Assembly: GCA_024679065.1 (NCBI GenBank)
Contig: JAGIQG010000130.1
Location: 1-64,000, forward strand
Direction of reading: 5' to 3'
DNA from: Sphyrna mokarran
Lineage: Eukaryota
DNA length: 64,000 bases
Shown here: one piece after another, positions 26,968 to 40,644 of the stretch
How positions within the stretch are numbered: position 1 is the first letter of the stretch
Layout: every line of letters begins with the position of its first letter
The notes under the pieces: model-generated
Told to the model about the DNA's origin: nothing
The model's input: the letters and a program-made list of their open reading frames with translations, nothing else
The model's database searches: none
Made by a program: the position numbers and the translations under genes

Positions 26968-28402
26968 GGGCTCTATTTTACCAGTGTGTTGCACCCGTTT
27001 TTGTGTGCAAAAACATGGTGAAGTCAGGTGAGAGGCCATTAACACGATCTGCGCCATGCAGGTGCCATTTGACTGAAACCTGGGAATGACGGAGATCCGA
27101 TTCGCGCCCGAAACAGGCACAACGGCAATTTAAATGCATTTGCAAGTATGTCAATTGAATTAATGAACTACCCGCCCAACTTTATCAACATTTACACAGT
27201 TACCACTGCGTTCGCTGAGCTGGAATCATGCCGAAATGTATCTGCTGAATAAAAGTCTGAATCGGGCACTCCAGCTGCTGAACAGGAGTGTTCACAGCTT
27301 CCAATGGCTCTCTTAATCATTTTCATTCTAAGTGCTGAATGTGTGTGATTCAGGCTCGACTTGGAAATCTGCTTTCAGGCACCCCTATACGCATTCAGCC
27401 TGAAAAAAAAATTGTGGGTCTCAATCACGCTGTGGGCAGGGCTTAGCACACAGAAACGATCAGAGCTCTGAACTGCACATGCACAGTTGGAAAAAATTTG
27501 AAAAAACGCGCCCATGTCAGATCACTCCCGGGCTGCAGAAAGTGGAGGAAGTGGCCTGGGAGCAAAAAGCGGGAGTAATAGTCCAGACATCACTCTCCCC
27601 CTTATCCACCAACTCCCTCCCCACTGTTCAGACCGATCACGAGCTCCTGCCCCCCCATACCAGAGATCCATCTGACACCCCCTTCTCCTCACGAACCAGA
27701 GTGCAATCTGGCCTCTCTCCCTCCACACCCCATCAGAGAACAATCAGGCCTCCCTCTCCACCAGAGAATGATCTGACCTGCCTCCCTTTCCACCCCAAAC
27801 ACTGATCCGAGTCAGAGAACCGTTGGAAGCTCTGAACTCGCCTTTTCAACAGCTGGAGCACCCGATTCAGACTTTCATTCACTTTTCATGGGGAGTGTGG
27901 CCAGATTGTTCTCTGAGGGGGCAGGAGGGGGTGAGATTTTTCTCGGCAGGGGGAGAAGGATAGAGTCCAATCGCTCACTGGTGGGGGAAGGGGTCAGATG
28001 GATCTCTGGTTGGCAGGGGGAACAGAGTGGTCAGCTGCCACTCTGTGGATGATCGGTGCTGGGGTTAAAGGGGCAGTGAGTCGCAATCAGTCTGGGTACC
28101 AAGGGGGTGGATGGATAAGGGGACAATGATGCCTGTGGGAATTTTTGCTCCTGATCCATTTTCTTCTCTTTCTGCGACCCGGAAGTGATCTGATACTTTT
28201 TCAAATTTTTTTCCAACTGCGCATGTGCAGTTCAGCACTCCTATCATTCTGGGTGTGAAAAGTCCTGCCCACAGCATGATTCAGACCCACAATTTTTTTT
28301 TCAAGTTGACTGTGTATGGGAGTGCCCGAAAGCAGATTTCAAAGTCGGATCTGAATTACACCCAGATTCAACACTGAGAATGAGAATGATTAAATCAGGT
28401 CC
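26968..28402. mobile_element. Foldback/MITE-like DNA element, block A copy 3, both imperfect TIRs visible
   Basis: Left end 'gggctctattttacca' resembles the reverse complement of the right end ('ggacctgatttaatca'); internal inverted copies ~27318-27600 vs ~28140-28390. Confidence 0.72.
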
Positions 28403-30519
28403 TATTCTGTCATTTCTTCACTTGTCACTGTATTAAATCCCTTGAACTCCTGTGGGAGTGCCTGCATGACGTAGAGTTCAGTGGTTCAAGTGCAGTTGGA
28501 GTCGGGCATTATCTTGTTTACATAAACAAATAAAAATATCTTTGAGTTAATGTGGCTCTCTGGAATTTTTTCTGTTCTAAATTGGAATAAATACTTACAA
28601 TAAACTACTAATGCAAATGTTTCTGTTATAGGTAACTGAATGTGTATTTTATTAATTTTATCTCTCAGCAGCTATGAAGATGCAAACATTGTTCATTAAG
28701 ATAACTGAAAGACAGAATCAAACCTTTTCGGCATGCTGTTGACAGGTGACGTTTGATCGAGCAGCTTGTAGTTCTTCCAGCCAATTGAAGCTCCAGTCTG
28801 GAATTGGACACAAATGGAATGAATTTGACTCTCTCCTGAGCTCAATGAAATTACAATGAGTTCTGGCATTGCTTTCAGAAGGCATCTGAGAGGAATGTCC
28901 TTACACTCTGAAGCATGAAAACTGAGGTCATTGCCTCCCCAGGACAAAATTTACTGGGAGGAGGATTTCTCTATTGGTAAGGTATGGATGGAACAGACAC
29001 ATTCCTACCAAACTAAGCTTCCAGCTAGTTTCGACTTGGAATACTTAACTGCCCAGTATAACAAAGCGAAAGCAATAGAGCTCCTCTACTCTTGCCACAA
29101 TTTTAATATTTTAATACCTCAGAACAGCACCCCTCAGACTGTTCGCACTTTTACATCAAATCCCTGTCGTTTTTTAAATGATCAACTTGATGCTGTGGAC
29201 TCTCACTCACCAGGAATTATGTTAGACTGTGCAACTGAATTATGGGTAAAATGCAGCATAAGAAGCTTCTTAGCCCATTTGTTTAAGCTGGATTCAAACT
29301 CAAAGCTTAGAGGTAAAGTGATACTGGGGGCCATTTGCAAACTCAGAGTACACTGGGTCAGCTGTGGCACGGTCCATCTGCTCCACCCAGTCAGATTTTG
29401 AGGACAAGTCTCATCCACAGTGAATGAGTGAGTTGCTAGCACCAACCACAGTGTGTTCATCAGCAACTCGATGGTTGGAAGGGTGGGTAATCTGATGGGG
29501 CAGCTGATCAGAAATCAGTCGAATGCAGCACCTCAGAAGGGGTGGGTGAAAGTTCTGGGAGTGAAATGAAGCAGCAGTTTACAATAGCAAGGGATTGTTT
29601 CCAATCTCTGCCCCTGCCCCCTTCAACAACAAGGAAATGTCATAATGAAAGGTTAGGTTCAAAACACGTAAGCGACCGTAGCCAAAATAAAAACCAAACT
29701 GACTTCCAGCTTTCCCTAGTTGAACTAAGGTTCATGCTCTAGACCTGTAACGCCCAGAGTTTGTGGCTGGCTTGAGGGTGGTAGCACTGCAGGGACTAGG
29801 ATGAAAATAGAGCTAATGTCCCGATCCAATTTGCTGATATAAATGAGACCTCGAGCCCTTTCTGGCAGAAACTCTGGCCGGCTGAGGTGAGGTGCTATGA
29901 AAATTGGAATGGAAAGAATTCCAGTGACAAGGTGGCAACTCAGCATTATGTGATTTTGGTCCTGTTACCAATCAGTATATGTCTAAAACCAGGGCAATAA
30001 AGAGATAAGGATCAGCTCAAAGTTTTGACACAACTCCTGTCCCCCAGTGGCAGAAAACCTTCCTGCGGTCTGGGAATGAATTGGAAAAATATAGAGAAAG
30101 GTCAAATGGTTTTAACATTGAAATCTTTGCAATAACAAAAATGTTTTATCCTTTCTTGCACTGTGTTGGCATCGTTCTCACACTTGACAGCCCATGTACG
30201 GAAACCTGACCCATATTCTAACACAAAGCTTACTCCATCTTGCGATTTTATGTATTTATGTATTGGTCATAAGTAAAGATTACATGAACTCTGTAATGAA
30301 GTTACTGTGAAATTCCACTAGCCATCACATTCTGGTGCCTATTCAGGTCAATGCACCTAACCAGCATGTCTTTCAGGCTATGGGAGGAAACTGCAGCACC
30401 CTGGGAAACCCATACAAACATGGAGAGAACGTGCAAACTCCACACAGACAGTGACCCAAGCTGGGAATCAAATTCGGGTCTCTAGTGCTCTGAGACAGCA
30501 CTGCTAACCATGTGCAAAG

Positions 30520-31392
30520 ATATGTCGAGGGTCAGGTAGTATGGAGGAAGCAGGGGGGCTGCAGAAGAATTTGGACAGGACAGGAGAGTTGGCAGAGAAG
30601 CGGCAGATGGAATACAATGTGGAAAGTGTGACGATATTGCACTTTGAAAGGAGGAATGGGGAAATGCTTAGGAAATCAGAAGCACAAAGGGACTTGGGAG
30701 TCTGTGTTCAAGATTCTCGTGAAGTTGATGTGCAGGTTCAGTCAGCATTTAGGAAGGCAAATGCAATGTTAGCATTCACATTTTGAGGGCTAGAATACAG
30801 CTTGAAGAGTAGAAATGTACTTCTGAGTCTGTGTAAGATTCTGGTCAGATCCCATTTGGAATATTGTGAGCAGTTTTAGGTCCTGTATCTCAGGAAGAAT
30901 CTGCTGGTCTTGGAAAAAATTAAGAGGAGGCTCATAAGAATGATCCTGGAATAAAGAGCTTGTTGTATGAGGAATGGTTGAGGATTTTGGGCCTGTACTC
31001 ATTGGAATTTAGAAAAAAGAGGGAGGATCTTATTGAAACTTACAGGATATCAAGAGACCTGGATAGTGTGGATTTGGAGAAGATGTTTCCACTAATAGGA
31101 AAAATTAGAACCAGAGGGCACAACCTCAGACTAAAGGGACGATCCTTTAAAACAGAGATGAGGAATTTCTTCAGCCAGAGAACGGTGAATCTTTACTGCA
31201 GAAGACTGTGGAGGCCAGGTCATTGAGTGTCTTTAAGACAGAGATAGATAGGTTCTTGATTAATAAGGGGATCAGAGATTATGAGGAAAAGGCAGGAGAA
31301 TTGGGATGAGACAGATATCAGCCATGGTTAAATGGCAGAGCAGACTCAATGGGCCAAGTGGCATAAGTCTGCTTGTATGTTTTTTGGTCTTA
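30520..31392 (+). mobile_element. CR1 LINE 3' end
   Basis: ORFs 30541-30786 and 30960-31226 (LGLYSLEFRKKREDLIETYRI...TRGHNLRLKGRSFKTEMRNFFSQR) followed by the 3' UTR. Confidence 0.93.
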
Positions 31393-31464
31393 GCCTGCTC
31401 AGCAATGCAGAACATCATGCTGGGTCTTGACTGGCTACAACAGGCACAGCTGTGAGGAGCGCCT

Positions 31465-31950
31465 GACTAACAACCTGTCCTGGTTCCCCCATGTCAACAT
31501 TATAGTTAAGAAAACCCACCAACACTTCTACTTTCTCGGAAAACTAAGGACTACAAAACATTGTGAATGTAGCCCAAACCTATCACACAAGCCACTCTCC
31601 CATCCGCTGACTGTGTCGACATTTGCTGCTGTCTTGGAAAAGGAGCAGGATAATTAAGGATCCATGCACCCCAGATATTCACTTGTCCACTCTTCCGTCC
31701 AGACAAAAGATACAAAGCTCTGAGGTCACGCACCAACCAACTCAAGAACAGCTTCTTCCTGCTGACATCAGACTTTTGATTGGATCTACTTTGCATTAAG
31801 TTGATCTTTTGCTCTCCCCTAGCTGCGACTGTAACACTACATTCTGCCCTCTCGTTTCCTTTTCTATGAATGCTCTGTCTGAATAGCGTGCAAAAAACAA
31901 TACTTTTCTCTGTATACCAATACACGTGACAATAGTAAATCAAATCAAAT
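31465..31950 (+). mobile_element. Rex1/Babar-like LINE 3' end
   Basis: NNLSW.PHVNIIVKKTHQHFYFLGKLR (KKA.QRLYFLRKL-like), 'accaactcaagaacagcttcttc' (RLKNSFF-like) and an (aaatc)n tail. Confidence 0.8.
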
Positions 31951-33219
31951 CACTGAATTTGGGCACAACATGCTTTCCGCTTTTGGAAGCCATGTCTTCA
32001 TTGGAGCCGTCCTGGACTGCAGAGAGTGTGAACATAGTGCAGGGACACTGGTTTAACAGTGTCTGGAAATAGAGAGTGCTAAAGTCACAGAGAGGTGGGA
32101 GAATCAGATGCTGCCCATCGGTGAAACACCATGTTCCCTATGGTGATTAACTAATGCAGTCTGGAGCATATGATACAGCACAAAGTAAAGTGGACCTATA
32201 GTTTAAACTAAAGGAAACAAAAAACATTTTGATGCATTGGCCGCAATTTTACCTGTCCACCTGTCAGTAGCTTTCTATTTAGGCCATGTTCCCAGATAAA
32301 GTACTTGAGAGCAATGGTCTTAAAGAAAAATGTCAGCTAAACACAGCTTCCATCTTAACAGCTAAACATCAGAATGATATTCCAGGCCAATGTGTGAGCG
32401 ATGCGATAAAAGATCAGCTGCTGTAAATGTACATTCATCACAGCAAAAAGCATGGTTACTGGCAATCAAAAAAGCTTACTAGTTGTCAACTTAACCTATA
32501 TCATTACAATCTCTTACATTATACCTTCTCATTTTGTCAGCTTATTTTTTCAACGAAATTTAGAGCAATTATGTATGTGACTGTCACTGAAATAGGACTG
32601 AGCATGAACAAAATTGTGATCAAGTCATTTTCAATGTAAATCCTTCCGTACAGATGTCCCCAAATTTAATCATATTCTGAACTAAACTTACTCACTAATA
32701 CTAGAGCTTAAGAAGTGAAAGCATTTGCCTCCACACAATCCCTTTTACTGGGAAATGTTGTTCAGCTATTAGACACAGAGAAGTGATGGCTGTCGTTGTC
32801 ATTGTCTCTTCAATGCAGTGCAAATGTCCCAGCTTAGAGTTGGACAGCTGACATTAAATTGGAGATAAGGGACACAATGGGTGGGATTCTCTGATCTCAT
32901 CCATGCTCACGCTGCTGCCAGTCAGACTGGAGAATTTGGTGCTCAGACAAAACGCCATTCAGTTCAGTGACAGTGGAAACTTCCAGCCTCAGTCGAGGTC
33001 AATCTTTTGTGGCCCAGTGACTCATTCACCTCAATTATTGAGTTGCGTTAGATTTGTGAGCAGTTCATGGTATTGAGTCCATTTAAAGCAGCCCAGTTAT
33101 GGCACAGTGTCAGTCCTACGCTAGCTTTCGCTGACATTATTCAGGTTACTATGTGAAATTATTTGTCAAATTAAGAAACTCACAGTCAAAAGGAAATTAT
33201 TTTCATGTAACCAAATTTC

Positions 33220-33720
33220 ATGTGGCACAGTTGTTAACATTGCTGCCTCACAGCATTAAGGTTTGATTCCTGGCCTCAGGTCACTGTGTAGAGTTTGCAT
33301 GTTCTCCCTATGTCTGTTTGGGTTTCCTTCAGGTGCTCTGGATTCTTCCCAGTCTAAAGTTGTGTGGGGTAGGTGGGTGCCCCTTAGTGTCAGGTGGATT
33401 AGCTAGAATAAATACATGTGGATAGGAATTGGGTGGGATAGTAGTCGGTGCAGACTCGATGGACCGAATGGCCACCTTCTACACCGTAGGATTCTATGAT
33501 TGTATAAATCTAAGGTTACAGTATCTGGGACTTGTGATGCACAATCAAGGTCATCACAGAACCTCTACAGAGCAGAAGGAATCCATTCGGCCCATTGTGC
33601 CTCACACACGCCCTTTTCCTGTAACCCCACATATTTATCCCATTAATCCCCTAACCTACACATCTCAGAATATTAAGGGGCAATTTAATACAGCTAATCA
33701 ATCTAACCTGCATCTTTTTG
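33220..33720. mobile_element. HE1/V-SINE-like SINE on + (~33220-33500) and an antisense SINE 3' half (~33550-33720)
   Basis: 'gtggcacagttgttaacattgctgcctcacagc...gagtttgcatgttctccc...gggtttcc' ending in 'ggattctatgatt'. Confidence 0.82.
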
Positions 33721-34160
33721 AACTTATTTTGTTTCATCTTGTTATTAGTGTATATTCACTCGTTTCAGTTTTAACTTTCACTAAGCACAGTACTAGTCTC
33801 TATATTTTACAGCTGAAAGTACTCACTGATAGAGTTAGTGACATTCTTTCAAGATCCTGGAAAATTCGCCTTGCTGCACGGCTTCTACAGATGCAAGACT
33901 CTAAAGACCTTTTTGGGGCTGGTCTCTCTGCATATCTGATACTCTTCTACAAAATTAATGCCAATGCATCATACATCGTTAGTAACACAGACAAAAATGT
34001 TCAAAATTATTACAATTATTTTAGAAAAACACAGAAATGGCAGAGTGAGCTTGAAGGGCCAAATCATCTACTGCTGCTTCTAGTTTCAAAGGTTCATATG
34101 TAACTTATTCCTGTTCTAGTGACTCATCAATCTCACTCATCGATTTCCATTAGAAACTGA

Positions 34161-34634
34161 GTGTGATTCGAACAAGAAGGCGGTAATAACCGTGACCAAC
34201 GATTTCAAAATGTCCACACCAGAAGTTGTGAGTACAGCAAATAAAGAGTAAGAGAATAAAACTTGTTTGTATATCAGAAGTCCCAAATATTGAATCATGA
34301 AAATTCAATATTTCTCTTGAGTCCATTGAAATGGTATCAGTCCTACATCACTCTCTGGCTGGTATTGTTTAAATGTGATGCTTATTCTTGAAATAAGAGA
34401 ATCAAACTAAAGTGGAATAATTTTCATGATTCAACATTTGGGACTTCTGATATACAAACAAGTTTTATTCTCTTTCATCTTGTAATCAGTCCATATTCTC
34501 TTGTTCAGCTAATAAATTTCAACACTAGTCTCTGAATTCTATGGCTACATCTATTTGCTCTACTCACAACTTCTGGTGTGGAGTTTTTGAAATTGTTGGC
34601 CAAGGTTATTATTGCCCTCTTCTACGAATCATAC
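34161..34634. repeat. Imperfect long inverted repeat (probable old palindromic MITE)
   Basis: 34251-34305 and 34419-34473 are reverse complements with 1 mismatch in 55 bp; outer arms 34161-34242 and ~34552-34634 also pair; the right arm has an ~80-bp extra segment. Confidence 0.85.
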
Positions 34635-35764
34635 CTAGGAAGTATATTCTCCAAAAGACTAGCATCAATCTATGCAAGAAACAAGTGAATACAATTAATA
34701 CATAAGTTAATAGGAAATATTCAGAGCTTTTAAACTACTTAGGTGGAATTAATACAGGACAATATTCATTTCAGGTTCAACACTGTTGATTACTTCTGAG
34801 GTTTGGTGGAGTCACCAAAGCAGATACAATTGGCCAAATGGCCTCCTTTTGCGCTGTAACAATTCTCTGAGTCAGTGCTAGTTAACTGACACTGCTTGAT
34901 AACATATTCCAGCTACATTTCCCATCTTGTGACAAGAAGCAAATATTAGTATGTTTACATGTGTTCTCATGTGTTTCTCGAGTCTTTCCAAAGTTATAAG
35001 GAGTACAAACTTACAAACTTATAAGGTGAGGTTGGAATTATTAGGCAATTCTGCACTCAGTGGGAAAGCTCAGTTCATCAAAATTGATTTAGTACACTTG
35101 GATTCATTTTGTTTCCTTTAGAGAAATAATTAAATTGTTACCCTTTTTCACACAGCTGGATTGACCAAGTTGTGTGTTCTTAATTATTACAGGATGCTGC
35201 AGAGAGAGGGAGTGCAGATCTTGGTTAAAGTCAAAGATACAAAACCCAGTTTCTTGGAAATGGGTTATGGTAAACTACTGCCTTCTCTTTTTTCAGTTAT
35301 ATTTCAGTGTCAGTTTGACAAATTTCTTACCAGAGAACCAAATTCACCAGACTAATTTGACAATGGTTCCAGTTCAGTACAAGCAGATAGACTTGTCATG
35401 CCAACGAGGAGTGTGAACATTTGCTAGAGGATAGGATGAGTTGCATTGCCTCCACCATGTTGACTTGGACACCACTTCTAAATGCTAAACCCATCTCTCC
35501 TATTCTACTGTCCAGTGAACATAATTCCTTGAGGTGTAGGTTTAAGTCAATGGTAGCTATGTTATACATTACAATTATGCTATATATTACAGCCTCATTC
35601 CTGTGTAAGTGTGGCCAGAAATTCTGAAATGCATTGCATATCACAGCTTTCAGTTCGTCAGTGACATTTTATACATTTGCGTAATTTTTTTCACATAATT
35701 TTCTCATTTTCAATTTGCATTTACGTTCACAGCAAGTCTTCCTATCTCTGGCTTTTCAGAGGTA

Positions 35765-36142
35765 AGCACAGTAAGAAGTCTCACAACACCAGGTCCAATG
35801 GGTTTATTTGGTAGCAGAAGCTTTCAGAATCTCACTTCTTCATCAGCTGAGGAGGACTTGAGTTCACAAACAGGGCATCGACAGACACAAACTCAAATTT
35901 CAAGGTAATGGTTGGAATGTGAGTCCTTACAGGTAATCAAGTCTTAAAGTTACAGACAATGTGAGTGAAATCAGGGCCAAACACAAGTTAAAGAAGTGTG
36001 TATTGTTTCCAGCCAGGACAGTTAGTGAGATTTTGCAAGCCCAGGCAAGTTGTGGGGGTTACAGATAGTGTGAATGAACCCAAGATCTGTTTTGAAACCG
36101 TCCTCATATGTGCGGGACTTGGCTATCAGTCACTGCTCAGGA
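35765..36142 (-). mobile_element. Penelope-like element 3' end with decayed hammerhead core (35819-35846)
   Basis: 'cacagtaagaagtctcacaacaccagg'; minus strand CTGATGA-agaagtgagattct-GAAA; homologous to 56820-57181. Confidence 0.8.
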
Positions 36143-36154
36143 ACTCTGTGTGGT

Positions 36155-38175
36155 CCTGTGAAGAAAATGAATTCTCCCCAAAAATTTCAGCTTGTAAATT
36201 AAACATAGAAAATAGAAGGAGGAGGAGGCCATTCAGCCCTTCGAGCCTGCTCCACCATTCATTATGAACATGGCTGAATGTCAAACTCAGCAACCTGTTC
36301 CTGCTTTCCCCCAATATTCTTTGATCCCTTTTCCCCCAAGAGCTATATCTAACTACTTCTTGAAAACATAGAGTGCTTTGGCCTCCACCGTTTCCTGTGA
36401 TAATGAATTCAACAGTGCGGTAATTGTCCCTTTAAGGATCCAACTCAGATTAAGGGTCACATGACCTGGGAAACCTATCAGAGAGAATGTGGGGATCGCT
36501 TGTGAGCTTTGTTTACTGTTCCAGAAGTTTTTTGGGAGCTGATTGCAGCTTGAGGCTGCATGTTTCAGCGCAGACTTTACCTATAAAAAGTGTTATTTTT
36601 CTCTTCATGTGTGAACCAGAATTATCGCACACAGGCTGACCACTCCTTGGGTGAAGAAATTTCTCCTAATCTCAGCTCTAAATAGTCTACCCCACATCCT
36701 TAGTCTATGACCCATGGTTCTGGATTCTCCCATCATTGGGAACATCCTTCCGGCATCTATCCTGTATAAGTCCGTAATAATTTTATAGGTTTTTGTGAGA
36801 TCCTCCCTCATTTTTGGAAACTCAACTGAATATAATCTAACAATTTCTCCTCTTAACGTCAGTCCTGCCATGCTGGAAATCACTCTTGTAAACCTTTACT
36901 GTGCTGCCTCCATAGCGACAGCATCCTTCCTCAGATAAGAAGACCAAAATTACACATAATATTCTAGGTGTGGCCTCACCAAGGTCTTGTATAATTGCAT
37001 CAAGACACCCCTCCTGTACTCAAACCTTCTCACTATGAAAGCCAACATTGTCTTCTTCACTACCTGCAGCACCTGCATGGTTACTTTTGAAGACTGGTGT
37101 ACAAGCACATCCAGCTCTCATTGCACATTCCCTTCTCCCAAACTATAACCATTCAGATAACAATCTGTTTTCCTGTTTTTGCTATCAAAATAGATAGCCT
37201 CACATTTATCCACATTATACTGCATTCACCATTCAGCAGAAGCTGAGTGGATAACTGAAGATCTTTATACCCTCCTCAGAGCTCACCCTCCCATCCAGCT
37301 TTGTATGTCATTTGCAAATTTGAAGATACTGCATTTAATTTACTCATCTAGATCATGCCAGTACATTGTGAGCAGCTGGATTCCTGGCACTGATCCCTGT
37401 GATACCTCTACTAGTCACTGCCTGCCATTTGGAAAAATACCCATTTATTCCTAATCTTTATTCCTTGTCTGCCAACCAGTTTTCTACCAACTCAACACAG
37501 TGCCCCTAATCCCATGTGCTTTAATTTTACACGCTAATCTCTTAAATGGGAACTTGTTAAAAGAATTTTGAAAGTCCAAATGCACCATATTCACTGGCTC
37601 CCCCTCATCAACTCTGCTAGCTGCATTCTTGTTGACTTCCAGTCGATTTGCCAAGAATGATTTTCCTTTCACAATTTCATATTGACACTTCCTGATCTTG
37701 CCAATGTTTTTCAAACACCTTGCTACTATATCTTTTATAATGGACCTTCGAATTTTTCCCACTATCAATGTCAGGCTGACTGGTCTATAATTCTTTGCTT
37801 TCTTTCAACCTCCCTTTTGAAATAGCGAGATTACATTAGCTACTCTCCAATATGTAGGAGCTGTTCCAGAGTCTCTAGAATCTTGGAAAGTGACCACCAA
37901 ATCATTCACTATTTCTCAGAGTACTTTGTTAAGTCCTCTGAGTTGTAGATTATCAGGTCCGGAAGCTTTACTACCTTCAATCCCATCAATTTCCCTAACA
38001 CCTTTTCTCGACTAATCCTGATTTCCTTCACTTCCTCCATCTCACCAAACCCTGTGTTTTCTAAAGTTTCTGGTATGTAATTTGTGTCCTCCTTTGTGAA
38101 AACAGAACCAAAGTATGTATTTAGTTGGTCAGCTATTTCTTTGTTCCCACATTATAAATTCCTTTGTTTCTGACT
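36155..38175 (-). mobile_element. Long degraded CR1 LINE = duplication block C, copy 2
   Basis: ORFs 36605-36883 and 37484-37768 (VDEGEPVNMVHLDFQNSFNKFPFKRLACKIKAHGIRG); collinear with 20570-22490. Confidence 0.92.
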
Positions 38176-38704
38176 TAAGTCTTGGTGTCAGCTGCCTGTT
38201 TGTCCAGAATTCTATTCTGCTACTGCCACTGCTGTTGTCGCTAACAACTTCATCATTTGTATTTCTACTTCTTTCATTCCCATATGTCTTGCATCACCAC
38301 CCACTTTGTTATTTAATTACTCATGTCCTCTGCCCTACACTAACATCCTTCTCTTTTGTTCTTTTGCGACCCATCTTTTCCTTTATTCTTTATTTTCTTA
38401 AAAGTAGTTCATTTCTAATATCTTTCCATTGTAATGAAAGATCGTTGACAGGGCTGTTTTCTCTCTCTATTGATTTTTTGCAGTACTTTCTGTGATTTCA
38501 GACTTCAAGCTTCAGTCCATTTTGCTTTTTCTCCAAATTGAATCCTCTTGCTAGAATTCTCTTGCACAGAATCATCAAATGATAGAGCACAGAATGAGGC
38601 TTCCACTAGCATTCCATTAAACAGCATTTTCCCCATAGCCTGTATACGTACGTTGGTCATGCTAAATTCTCCCTCAATATACCCAAACTGTCTGCTGGAC
38701 CAGT

Positions 38705-39530
38705 CTGCTGAACTTGTGGATAGTGATGAAGTTTGTCAGACAATACAGCAGGGTATAGATAGGTTGGAAAATTGGGTGGAGAAATGGCAGATGGAATTTA
38801 ATTCTGGCAAATCCAAGGTGATGTATCTTGATAGATCCAATTCAGGTGGGAGCTATAAAATAAATTGCAGTACCATCAGGAGAATAGACACACGGAGAGA
38901 TCTGGGACTACAGGTCCACAGATCCTTAAAAGTGGTAGCACAGATGGAAAAATGGTTGAGAAAGCATATGGCATGCTTCCTTCATCAGCCAGGGAATCAA
39001 GTATAAAAGTAGTCAAATTATGTTAAAGTTGTATAAAACGTTGATGAGTCCACATTTGGAATATTGCGTCCAATCTGGTCGCAACAATACCAGAAGGACA
39101 AGGAGGCTTTGGAGGGAGTACAGAAAAGATTTACCAGGATATTGTCTGGAATAGAGATATTAGCTATGAGGAGAGATTGATAAACTGGGATTGTTCTCTC
39201 TGGAAAGACGAAGGCTGAGGGCCGACCTAATCGAAGTTTATAAAATTCTGAGAGGCAGAAGCAACAATTACAAGGGAGCACAAGTTTAAGGTAAGGGGGG
39301 AAAGGTTCAGTTGAGATGTGCAATGGAAGTTTTTCACAGAGGGTGATGGGGGCCTAGAATTCACTGCCAAGTGAGGTGGTTGAGGCAGTTACATTAGCGA
39401 CATTTAAGACTTATCTGGATAGAGATATGAACAGGTGACGAATAGAGAGACACAGGCAGTGGGTCTAGATAGGATAATGTGATCGGCACAGGCCTGGTAG
39501 GCCGAAAGGCTTGACCCTGTGTTGTAGTGT
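38705..39530 (+). mobile_element. CR1 LINE 3' end
   Basis: IQQGIDRLENWVEKWQMEFNSGKSKVM, then HLEYCVQ and ALEGVQKRFTR motifs. Confidence 0.9.
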
Positions 39531-40644
39531 GACAAAAATAGGAGGAAAGATGAAAAAGAGGGAAGGGCAGAGCATTCGAAGGTAAAAACTGTATGAACTG
39601 AAAACAAATTATTCATGAATTTCAAGTACCTGATACAGAAATAAGAAAATTAAACCTGAGAAAGGAAAGTGAGCAATTCAAATAAACAAATCTTGACAGG
39701 AGATCATGTGGTACTGTGGGTGGATCCCTATCTCTGGGCCAGAAGCTCTAAGTTTGTGTCACAATCCAGGATTTAATGGCCAACGGAGGTGTATTGCAAC
39801 ATGGCCAACAGGTTAAGCATTAACCAGCAAACTCCTTCCAATGTGCGAATGGCAGGGAATAAAAATGGGAGTGACTCCTGGTGTCCTACTGTGCTTGGTG
39901 TGGAGTGATGCCTCTCATGCTGTAAGCTGCTGGTGACAGATTCATCATCTGTTCCAGGTAAAATGTACTATCGGAACAGGTGAAAGTCTGCCTTGTACAT
40001 CAGTAGATGATGGAGGAGAAGGAAGGAAAGAAACCTGATAAGTTAGTACAAGTAATGGTGACTACCGATCATCATAAAAATATTATCTCTTCGCAAATAT
40101 CCTTTAGGGAACTTATTGCCTGATCTGATCTATACGTGACTTCAGAATAACAGCAATGTGATTCACTTTCAACTGCCATCTGACATGGCCGAGCAAGTCA
40201 TTCAGTTGTATTTATGATGGTGGCTAATTACAACCTTCTCAAGAACAATTAGGGATGGAAATAAATACTAGCATTGACAGTGCTATAGTCGTTCCATTAA
40301 AAAAGTAAAATACATTTGAAACATCCTTGGAATAAATTGTGACATGGCTGCCATGAGACCGGTGAATGAAACTCAAAAGAAACAGAGCCATAATTGGCTT
40401 TAACCGCAAGTAATTTTAGAGCTATTAGAAGACAGCTGTTGGGCTGCAATGCTAGAAGGTCATGGAAGTGGACCAAGAGTTGCAAAACAGTGGCACACAG
40501 CTAAAGCAGCCATTTATCAATTACTGGTGGAAAGAGATGCTGAGAACAAATGGCAATATTGCTATTAAACAAAAGGCAACAGGCAAAACATAGGAGCTAG
40601 AAATGTATTTCTGAGCTCTTCTAAGTTCCAAGTGCAACAGGTCA

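Larger units (their letters stand above)
22660..30520 (+). repeat. Segmental duplication block A, copy 3 (left-truncated)
   Basis: Starts at 'ggctgtccaccatttagaatgcacaagtca' (= 1291 in copy 1) and is collinear through the SINE/CR1 junction near 30520. Confidence 0.92.

Noticed and set aside
28931-29401. 156-aa ORF in block A copy 3
   Set aside because: Paralogous copies have stops and frameshifts across it; no family recognised.
33429-34103. 224-aa + strand ORF
   Set aside because: Its first half runs through two SINE ends in opposite orientations and the peptide has no recognisable domain; chance ORF.
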